A model generated the notes under the pieces. It was not told the origin of the DNA and ran no database searches. It was given only the letters and a program-made list of their open reading frames with translations. Both the position numbers and the translations under genes were made by a program. From an uncultured Eubacteriales bacterium (lineage in GTDB: Bacteria > Bacillota > Clostridia > Christensenellales > CAG-314), in NCBI GenBank assembly GCA_948938605.1, contig CARAIG010000086.1, positions 7,931 to 71,930 on the forward strand: DNA of 64,000 nucleotides, read 5' to 3'. Below are positions 55,363 to 63,150 of this stretch, piece by piece (the first letter of the stretch is position 1; every line of letters begins with the position of its first letter).

Positions 55363-55453
55363 ATATAACTATTTAATTTTGATTTCGCATCGGGCTCGGC
55401 GGGCTAAGAATACTGTAAAAGAAAAGTACCAAGTAAAAACTTGATACTTTTAA

Positions 55454-55531
55454 TGGTTGCGGGGGCAGGATTCGAACCATACGACCTTCGGGTTATGAGC
55501 CCGATGAGCTACCAGACTGCTCTACCCCGCG
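55454..55531 (-). tRNA. initiator tRNA-fMet (CAT)
   Basis: cgcggggtagagcagtctggtagctcatcgggctcataacccgaaggtcgtatggttcgaatcctgcccccgcaacca. It has the C1/A72 mismatch and three G-C pairs in the anticodon stem. At 78 nt it carries one extra U in the T-stem. Confidence 0.85.
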
Positions 55532-55596
55532 ATATAACTATTTAATTTTGATTTCGCATCGGGCTCGGCGTTCGCTTCGCTCGGCTAAGGAGCCTC

Positions 55597-55627
55597 GATT
55601 TCGCCAACCAAACTGCGCTACCCCGCG
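55597..55627 (-). pseudogene. diverged 5'-half fragment of a tRNA-fMet-like gene
   Basis: The minus strand reads cgcggggtagcgcagtttggttggcgaaatc and then runs into gagcgaagcgaacgc repeat sequence. Confidence 0.55.
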
Positions 55628-55698
55628 ATATAACTATTAAACTGTACGCTTGCTTTTGATAAGATATTCCGCCAAAATATATTTGGCGGAATTGGTAT

Positions 55699-55774
55699 TG
55701 GTGGGGAGTACAGGGCTCGAACCTGTGACCCCCTGCTTGTAAGGCAGATGCTCTTCCAACTGAGCTAACTCCCC
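55699..55774 (-). tRNA. tRNA-Val (TAC)
   Basis: ggggagttagctcagttggaagagcatctgccttacaagcagggggtcacaggttcgagccctgtactccccacca. Confidence 0.92.
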
Positions 55775-55777
55775 ATT

Positions 55778-55853
55778 TGGTGACTCCTACGGGACTCGAA
55801 CCCGTGTTACCGCCGTGAAAGGGCGATGTCCTAGACCGCTAGACCAAGGAGCC
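55778..55853 (-). tRNA. tRNA-Glu (TTC)
   Basis: ggctccttggtctagcggtctaggacatcgccctttcacggcggtaacacgggttcgagtcccgtaggagtcacca. Confidence 0.92.
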
Positions 55854-55859
55854 GTATTT

Positions 55860-55936
55860 TGGTAGCGGCGGTCGGATTCGAACCAACGACCTGCCGGGTA
55901 TGAACCGGCCGCTATAACCATCTAAGCTACGCCGCC
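55860..55936 (-). tRNA. elongator tRNA-Met (CAT)
   Basis: ggcggcgtagcttagatggttatagcggccggttcatacccggcaggtcgttggttcgaatccgaccgccgctacca. The GGTTCATACCC anticodon arm is typical of elongator Met rather than Ile2. Confidence 0.85.
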
Positions 55937-55994
55937 ACATCGCTTTCCCGACATTCGCAGGCAAATTCGCCTCGACGCTGTCAAAAGCCTAATA

Positions 55995-56023
55995 ATCATA
56001 TCAAATAAACGGTTGCTTGTCAA
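55995..56023 (-). promoter_or_regulatory. tRNA cluster promoter (TTGACA-17-TATGAT on the minus strand)
   Basis: Reverse complement: -35 at 56018-56023 and -10 at 55995-56000. Confidence 0.55.
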
Positions 56024-56262
56024 CAAAATACGCAAACTTTTTCAAAAAGACATTCAACAATTTACTTTTAATGCTTTTAATGTGTCAAATTACAAATCCA
56101 ATACTGGATAAATATCTTATAATATTCTAAATTAATATATAATATATAAAATTGTGTATTGACTATGTCTTTCAACAGTGTTAAAATATATTAGCGCGTA
56201 AAGCGAACGGATAAGCATTTAATTAAATTATTGAATGCAAAGTTTATATTGAGAGGTCTAAA

Positions 56263-58947
56263 ATGAAAACCAAGAAATTATTGTTATTGATGTTATCGTT
56301 GTTTCTTGTCGTGTCATTATGTTTAACGGTGTTAATCGCATGCGATCCCGAAGACGATGACGAATTTGACACAAGTATTTATGAAGTCGATATGGATATC
56401 GGCGAAAATGTAGGCACTTTTGAAGAATTCAATCTTTCTCGTCCCGAAGGACAGCGACAACTAATAGTATATTGGCGTGAAAAAGCTCACGATTATTCGG
56501 ATAACGACATTTGGATGTGGTACGGTGATGTCGCAGGACGTGCGTATGAACTTCACGAGTGTTCTTACGGTGGCGTGACTGCCGTTAACGTTCCCGCCGA
56601 TACCGAAGAAGTAGGTTTTATTGTGCGTGCAGGAGCCACGTCGCATGGCACCGAATGGGGCAGCGCAAGCAAAGTGTATGATGCCGACCGTTTTGTTAAA
56701 TTGACTGGTGACGTTACTGTAATATATTTGACCGGTTCCAATCAGTATCAATTTGTAAGCTCGGACGGAGGAAAAACCATTTCAATAATGACTAAAATAG
56801 AAAAAATCACCATAAGTGATTTAAACGAGATCAGTTACATTGTAGCACCTGCAACTAAATTGTCGCGTAAAAGCGACATTAAAGTAACTTGCAACGGTAA
56901 AAACGTGGCATTTTCCGATTTTACATCGCGCAAAAAAACCACTGACAGAGGTATAATAAAACTTAAATCAGATATTGACTTGTCGCAAAAGTATTATGTT
57001 ACGATAGAGGGTTACGGCGAACAAGTGGCTCTACCGTTGGAAGTATTTGACAGCAAAAGTTTTGCCGAACGTTACCATTATGACGGTGACGATCTTGGTG
57101 CCAATATTAAAGACGGTAATGTCGAATTTAAATTGTGGGCGCCTACTGCCGACAAAGTTACGTTGAATATATTTAATGAAGGCAACGGCGGCATTGCAAC
57201 ACAAACGGTTGATATGACCTTGGGCGAAAAGGGCGTGTGGAAACATACGGCGGAATACGGTGTTATTGGTAAATATTATACTTATACGGTATCTACGGCA
57301 GAAGGTAATCAAGAAGCTGTCGATCCTTATGCAAAATCCGCAGGAGTAAACGGACAGCGCGGTATGATAATCGATCTTGCAACTACCAATCCCGACGGAT
57401 TTGGCGCAGACAAATATATAAGCAGCGTAGAAACTTACACCGAAGCGGTTATTTGGGAAACTCACGTTCGCGATTTCAGCAATAATATTGCGTCTTCGCA
57501 ATACAAGGGCAAATATCTTGCTTTTACCGAAACGGGGTTGACTAACAGTCACGGTATTCCTGTCGGCGTAGATTATGTCAAAAACTTGGGAATAACGCAT
57601 ATTCACTTGTTGCCTGTATTCGATTACAAATCGGTAGACGAAGCGTCAACCGAACCGCAGTTTAACTGGGGATACGATCCTCAAAACTACAATGTTCCCG
57701 AAGGTAGTTATTCGACCGATCCGTATCACGGTGAAGTACGCGTCAAAGAGTACAAACAAATGGTGCAAGCGCTTCACAACCAAGGTTTGGGCGTAATTAT
57801 GGATATGGTGTATAATCACACGTATGATTCTAACAGTAACCTTAATAAAGTTGTTCCCAATTACTATTACCGTTACAATGTCGACGGAAGCAATTCCAAC
57901 GGTTCGGGATGCGGCAACGATACGGCAAGCGAACGTTATATGTTCCGTAAATATATGGTAGACAGCGTAAGTTATTGGACTAAGGAATATCATCTTGACG
58001 GGTTGCGTTTCGACTTAATGGGTTTGCACGATATTGAAACGATGCAAGCAATCGAAAAAGCGGTACACGCAATTAACCCTAACGCTATTATCTACGGCGA
58101 AGGTTGGACTTTGACAACCGCAGCAAAGGAAGGTACGGTTCTTGCTACTCAAAGAAATATAAATCAAATAACGGCATCAACAGGTTCGGCTGGTGCGATA
58201 GCGGTATTTAACGACGTTATCCGCGACGGACTTCGCGGTAGCACGTTTACTGCAACCCAAAAAGGTTATATGGCAAATCCGATTGTCGGCAAAAGCGATG
58301 TAATGCGTAGCGTTTCTGGTTGTGAAGATCCCGCTGAATACTGGTATGTAAATAACGGTGCGGTAATAAACTATATCTCTGCGCACGATAACCATACATT
58401 GTGGGATAAACTTGCAATTTCTGCAAGTACAAATACGGTTTCCGAACGTCTAAATATGAATCGTATAGGTGCTACAATCGTTATGATAAGTAAAGGTACT
58501 CCCTTTATGCAATCGGGCGAAGAAATGCTCCGTTCTAAAAAGATTTCCGCTAATAAATACGACGAAAACAGTTACAAATCCAGCGATGCTATCAATAATA
58601 TCAAATGGGAGTCGTTAAAGGAAGGCAGTAACGAATATAATATGATGCTATATTATAAGGGACTGATTGAAATGCGTCGTAGCAGTAAAGTACTTATGGC
58701 TAACAGCGGTGTTGCAATAACCACTGTTGCCGATAAAACAAGATTTGTAGCTACATTTGACGGCGGAGCCGACGGTAAAGTAATTGTTGTAGTAAACAAT
58801 GCTACTTCCGATTATGCTTACACGTTGCCCGCAGGTAACTGGTCGCTTGTATGCAACGGAACGCAAGCAGGCTCGCAGGAAATAGAACAAGCTTCTGGAC
58901 AAGTAAACGTTAAGGCAAGTTCCGTTTATGTGTATTTTTCTAAGTAG
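56263..58947 (+). CDS. pulA: type I pullulanase (GH13), lipoprotein
   Basis: Lipobox LIAC, the FNWGYDPQNY motif, DGLRFDLMG, YGEGW and YISAHDN catalytic regions. Confidence 0.88.
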   Translation: MKTKKLLLLMLSLFLVVSLCLTVLIACDPEDDDEFDTSIYEVDMDIGENVGTFEEFNLSRPEGQRQLIVYWREKAHDYSDNDIWMWYGDVAGRAYELHECSYGGVTAVNVPADTEEVGFIVRAGATSHGTEWGSASKVYDADRFVKLTGDVTVIYLTGSNQYQFVSSDGGKTISIMTKIEKITISDLNEISYIVAPATKLSRKSDIKVTCNGKNVAFSDFTSRKKTTDRGIIKLKSDIDLSQKYYVTIEGYGEQVALPLEVFDSKSFAERYHYDGDDLGANIKDGNVEFKLWAPTADKVTLNIFNEGNGGIATQTVDMTLGEKGVWKHTAEYGVIGKYYTYTVSTAEGNQEAVDPYAKSAGVNGQRGMIIDLATTNPDGFGADKYISSVETYTEAVIWETHVRDFSNNIASSQYKGKYLAFTETGLTNSHGIPVGVDYVKNLGITHIHLLPVFDYKSVDEASTEPQFNWGYDPQNYNVPEGSYSTDPYHGEVRVKEYKQMVQALHNQGLGVIMDMVYNHTYDSNSNLNKVVPNYYYRYNVDGSNSNGSGCGNDTASERYMFRKYMVDSVSYWTKEYHLDGLRFDLMGLHDIETMQAIEKAVHAINPNAIIYGEGWTLTTAAKEGTVLATQRNINQITASTGSAGAIAVFNDVIRDGLRGSTFTATQKGYMANPIVGKSDVMRSVSGCEDPAEYWYVNNGAVINYISAHDNHTLWDKLAISASTNTVSERLNMNRIGATIVMISKGTPFMQSGEEMLRSKKISANKYDENSYKSSDAINNIKWESLKEGSNEYNMMLYYKGLIEMRRSSKVLMANSGVAITTVADKTRFVATFDGGADGKVIVVVNNATSDYAYTLPAGNWSLVCNGTQAGSQEIEQASGQVNVKASSVYVYFSK

Positions 58948-59129
58948 TAACATTGAATGTGCACATAATATAAATTTAGCATATACCGTTAGCAAAAATT
59001 TTGTATGATAAAATTTCGTTTTACTATTGACATTTTTTGAGATAATGGTATACTGCACAAGGTGTTTAAAAGTACATCAAATCTTTTGACAAATAATAGT
59101 CAAAAGTATCCCTCTCTTCTTCATAACGG

Positions 59130-59168
59130 AAAAGGACGAGTTTGCCGACTCGTCCTTTTCTTTTTTTG
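59130..59168 (+). terminator. rho-independent terminator after pulA
   Basis: A 10-bp stem aaaggacgag/ctcgtccttt followed by a long T-run. Confidence 0.85.
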
Positions 59169-59465
59169 TTTGAAAGTATTTTTACTTTTTATTATTTTGC
59201 GCAGTATTGCTTTGTAAAAACTGACGTTCGCAAATACAAAATAGCGGTCGGCTGTTTTTTAATGGTAAAAGCATTTGTTTTTAGCGGTTTTACAGCTGTT
59301 ATAATTCAGTAAAGGCGTGGTGTGTAATTATTGCTGCAACAATAAATTTGCGGTGCTTTTGTCGGGTTTTGTTTGATGAACATTGTTCGTTATAAATAAT
59401 ATATTATGCCCGCATTGTTTCTATATTTTTTTTATTGGTATGTCAGACCAAACATTATGCTAGAC

Positions 59466-59513
59466 ATACTATATATTGTGGTAAAAATAAAAAAATAACA
59501 CAATATATTGTGT
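59466..59513. promoter_or_regulatory. two NrdR-box-like palindromes
   Basis: atactatatattgtgg (59466-59481) and acacaatatattgtgt (59498-59513, a perfect palindrome). Their starts are 32 bp apart. Confidence 0.7.
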
Positions 59514-59521
59514 TTTAAGCC

Positions 59522-59551
59522 TTGACAACGGGTATCTGTTTATTATACAAT
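59522..59551 (+). promoter_or_regulatory. nrdD promoter candidate (TTGACA-18-TACAAT)
   Basis: -35 at 59522-59527 and -10 at 59546-59551. Confidence 0.5.
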
Positions 59552-59678
59552 AGTGGGGCACAACAACAGCGGATCGAACAATTAGCACAATGCGTCAAAA
59601 GCGTATAATGTACTCTTACAATGCTTGTGCGGCGTTAGGTTCGTTGTATCTAATTAATAATGTTTATGGAGGCACACT

Positions 59679-62042
59679 ATGTATCAAGTACGGAAGAGAA
59701 ACGGTCAAATCATCGAATTTAATCTTTCCAAAATCACCAAGGCTATTACAGCTGCGTTCGAAGCGCAAAACAAACCTTATAATAACGACGTAATCGATTT
59801 GTTGGCGTTAAAAGTTACAAGCGACTTTATGGATAAGGTCAGTGATGGAATTGTTTCTGTCGAGGACATTCAAGACAGCGTTGAAACCGTACTCATTCAA
59901 GCAGGATACGTAGAAGTTGCCAAAGCGTACATTTTGTACCGCAAAAAGCACGAAAACGTCCGCAACGTCGGCGAAACTATTTTGGACTATAAATCGGTTG
60001 TCGACAATTACTTAAAAATTGCCGACTGGCGCGTAAAGGAAAACAGTACGGTTACGTATTCGGTAGGCGGACTTATCTTATCCAACAGCGGCGCCATTAC
60101 CGCTAACTACTGGCTTAGCGAAATTTACGACGAGGAAATTGCCGAAGCGCACAGGACGGCGGCAATCCACTTGCATGACCTTAGTATGCTTACGGGCTAC
60201 TGTGCAGGCTGGTCGTTGAAGCAATTAATCGAAGAAGGCTTGGGCGGTGTTCCCGGCAAAATTACGTCGGCTCCCGCTAAACACCTTGCAACCCTTTGCA
60301 ACCAAATGGTTAACTTCCTTGGTATTATGCAAAACGAATGGGCAGGCGCGCAAGCGTTCAGTTCCTTCGATACTTACCTTGCCCCCTTTGTCAAAGCGGA
60401 CAATATGAGTTACGACCAAGTTAAAAAGTGCATCGAATCCTTTATTTACGGAGTCAACACTCCTTCCCGTTGGGGTACTCAAGCGCCGTTTTCCAACATT
60501 ACGTTGGACTGGACGGTTCCTAACGACCTTGCAAATCTTCACTGCATTATAGGCGGTAAGGAAGCGGACTTCTGTTATAAGGATTGTAAAAAGGAAATGG
60601 ATATGGTTAACCGCGCTTTCATCGAAACGATGATTGAAGGCGACTACAACGGACGCGGTTTCCAATACCCCATTCCTACATATTCTATAACTCGCGATTT
60701 TGACTGGTCCGAAACGGAAAACAACAAATTGCTTTTCGAAATGACGGCAAAATACGGAACCCCGTATTTTTCCAACTACATCAACAGCGATATGCAGCCC
60801 AGCGACGTACGCAGTATGTGTTGCCGTCTGCGTTTGGACTTGCGCGAATTGCGTAAAAAGAGCGGCGGATTCTTCGGAAGCGGCGAAAGTACCGGTTCGG
60901 TAGGCGTTGTTACAATCAATATGCCCCGTATTGCGTATTTGTCCAAAAACGAACAGGAGTTCTATACCCGTTTGGACAAAATGATGGACATCTCGGCGCG
61001 TTCGCTTAAAATTAAACGTAAAACAATAACCAAGCTTATGGAAGCGGGACTTTATCCCTACACTAAACGTTATTTGGGCAGTTTCGACAATCACTTTTCC
61101 ACCATTGGTTTGGTCGGTATGAACGAAGCGTGCTTAAACGCAAGTTGGTTGGCGTGCGATATGACGGATGCGCGCGCACAAAAGTTTACAAAAGACGTAT
61201 TGAACCATATGCGCGAAAGACTGTCCGACTACCAAGAACAATACGGCGATTTGTACAACTTGGAAGCAACCCCTGCCGAAAGTACAGCATACCGTCTTGC
61301 TAAGCACGACCAAAAGTTGTATCCCGATATGATTTTTGCAAGCAAAAAGGGCGAAACGCCTTACTATACCAACAGTTCGCACTTGCCCGTAAGCTTTACA
61401 AGCGACATATTCGACGCGTTGGATATCCAGGACGAACTTCAAACTTTGTATACCAGCGGAACGGTATTCCACGCATTTTTGGGCGAACGTTTGCCTAACT
61501 GGAAGTCGGCAATGAAACTTGTGCGTACCATTGCGGAAAATTACAGACTTCCTTATTATACGATGTCGCCGACATATTCGGTTTGCAAAGACCACGGGTA
61601 TATCAAAGGCGAAGTTTACGAATGTCCTAAGTGTCACCAAAAGACTGAGGTTTACAGCCGTATTACCGGTTACTACCGTCCCGTACAAAACTGGAACGAC
61701 GGTAAAATGCAGGAATGGAACGAACGTAAGGAATACAAACCTTCGGGCAGCGTACTTAAAAAGTGTCTTATGACGCAGGAAGTTGAAGAACAAAAAGCAG
61801 AAATGTGTGTAGTGCGTCCTATGCTGTTCGTTCAGGACAACTGCCCCAACTGTAAAATGGCCGAACTTATGCTTAACAAGGAACACGTTGATTTCGAAGT
61901 AGTAAACGCTATGGCAAATGCCGAATTGTCTAAAACGTTTGACGTTAAATTGACGCCTACGTTAATCGTTGCCGACGGCGACAGTTACGCTGTATACGAA
62001 AACGCGTCTAATGTACGCAAATATATCGAAACCATTAAATAA
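59679..62042 (+). CDS. nrdD: anaerobic (class III) ribonucleoside-triphosphate reductase with a C-terminal fused glutaredoxin/NrdH-like CxxC domain
   Basis: N-terminal ATP-cone, a C-terminal Zn-ribbon (CPKC), and the glycyl-radical motif SRITGYYRPV. A further ~100 aa ends in ...LFVQDNCPNCKMAELML...TPTLIV... . Confidence 0.92.
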   Translation: MYQVRKRNGQIIEFNLSKITKAITAAFEAQNKPYNNDVIDLLALKVTSDFMDKVSDGIVSVEDIQDSVETVLIQAGYVEVAKAYILYRKKHENVRNVGETILDYKSVVDNYLKIADWRVKENSTVTYSVGGLILSNSGAITANYWLSEIYDEEIAEAHRTAAIHLHDLSMLTGYCAGWSLKQLIEEGLGGVPGKITSAPAKHLATLCNQMVNFLGIMQNEWAGAQAFSSFDTYLAPFVKADNMSYDQVKKCIESFIYGVNTPSRWGTQAPFSNITLDWTVPNDLANLHCIIGGKEADFCYKDCKKEMDMVNRAFIETMIEGDYNGRGFQYPIPTYSITRDFDWSETENNKLLFEMTAKYGTPYFSNYINSDMQPSDVRSMCCRLRLDLRELRKKSGGFFGSGESTGSVGVVTINMPRIAYLSKNEQEFYTRLDKMMDISARSLKIKRKTITKLMEAGLYPYTKRYLGSFDNHFSTIGLVGMNEACLNASWLACDMTDARAQKFTKDVLNHMRERLSDYQEQYGDLYNLEATPAESTAYRLAKHDQKLYPDMIFASKKGETPYYTNSSHLPVSFTSDIFDALDIQDELQTLYTSGTVFHAFLGERLPNWKSAMKLVRTIAENYRLPYYTMSPTYSVCKDHGYIKGEVYECPKCHQKTEVYSRITGYYRPVQNWNDGKMQEWNERKEYKPSGSVLKKCLMTQEVEEQKAEMCVVRPMLFVQDNCPNCKMAELMLNKEHVDFEVVNAMANAELSKTFDVKLTPTLIVADGDSYAVYENASNVRKYIETIK

Positions 62043-62055
62043 TAAAAGAGGAAGT

Positions 62056-62964
62056 ATGTACGACGTAATAGTAATAGGGGGCGGTCCCGCAGGGCTGACA
62101 TCCGCATTATATGCCGCACGTGCAGGCAAAAGCGTGTTGATATTGGAAAAAAATGCCTTTGGCGGACAGATTGCAACCGCACCAAGGGTAGAGAATTTTC
62201 CAAGCATCAACGAAATTGTCGGCGCGCGTTTGGCAGATAATATGTTTGAACAGGCAATATCCCACGGGGTGGAATTCGATATGGGAAACGCTACTGTGGA
62301 TACTGCCGAAAGCGGTTTTACCGTTACAACCGAATATGCGTCGTACTTTACTAAATCGGTAGTATTGGCAACAGGAGTGCAGCACAAAAAATTGCCTGTG
62401 GAATCTGCCGAAAAGTACGAAGGAAAGGGTATATGTTACTGCGCAGTATGCGACGGGGCGTTTTACAAGGATAAGGCGGTTTGTGTTGTAGGCGACGGTA
62501 ACTCTGCCGCTCAATACGCTTTGTTTTTGGCGGAAATGTGCAGTAAGGTATATATGCTTACTTTATTGGATAAACTGTTTTGCGATCATGAGCTTGTCGA
62601 AAGAATCGTAAACAATGAAAAAATCGAATGGGCGACGAACGTTTGCGTAACCGATGTATTGGGGGACGACAATCACGTCAAGGGCGTAGCTTATAAGGAT
62701 GAATACGGCGCAATTACATATGTTGATTGCGATGCCGTATTTGTAGCAATAGGTCAGCAACCCGATAATGAACGTTTTTCAAATGTTGTCGATTTGGATA
62801 AAAAGGGATATATAATTGCAGGCGAAGACTGCAAAACAAGCTGCGACGGAATATTTGCCGCAGGCGACTGCCGTACCAAGCTTGTGCGTCAATGCGCAAC
62901 TGCCGTAGGCGACGGCGCAATAGCGGGTTTTTCGGCAGCATTGTATGTGGATGTCGTAAAATAA
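62056..62964 (+). CDS. trxB: thioredoxin-reductase-like flavoprotein (CAVC active site)
   Basis: VIVIGGGPAG FAD motif, CAVCDG redox cysteines, VVGDGNSAAQYA. ATG at 62056 after AGAGGA. Confidence 0.85.
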   Translation: MYDVIVIGGGPAGLTSALYAARAGKSVLILEKNAFGGQIATAPRVENFPSINEIVGARLADNMFEQAISHGVEFDMGNATVDTAESGFTVTTEYASYFTKSVVLATGVQHKKLPVESAEKYEGKGICYCAVCDGAFYKDKAVCVVGDGNSAAQYALFLAEMCSKVYMLTLLDKLFCDHELVERIVNNEKIEWATNVCVTDVLGDDNHVKGVAYKDEYGAITYVDCDAVFVAIGQQPDNERFSNVVDLDKKGYIIAGEDCKTSCDGIFAAGDCRTKLVRQCATAVGDGAIAGFSAALYVDVVK

Positions 62965-63074
62965 TAATGCAAAATTATGTGTATCGTTAAAAGTCGACGA
63001 CTTTGCGGTGCACATTTTTTTTTGTTCTATTTCGTCGGTTTCGTTTAATTATACTACGTAATCAGTTCAATAAT

Positions 63075-63113
63075 AAAAAAGGGGATCGTGTCATATAAAC
63101 ACAATCCCCTTTA
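63075..63113 (-). terminator. rho-independent terminator of the minus-strand dehydrogenase gene
   Basis: aggggat...atcccct stem with a T-run on the minus strand. Confidence 0.7.
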
Positions 63114-63150
63114 TTGTTGCAGTAATACGCAATGGCAATTACAAAGTATA

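Noticed and set aside
55407-55419. The 13-nt match agaatactgtaaa to the ATPase-flanking repeat as a third repeat copy.
   Set aside because: It is too short to separate from chance without a genome-wide count. I mention it only as a pointer.
59552-59678. A cobalamin or other riboswitch in the nrdD 5' UTR.
   Set aside because: The UTR is only about 125 nt, I saw no B12-box-like element, and the NrdR boxes already explain regulation.
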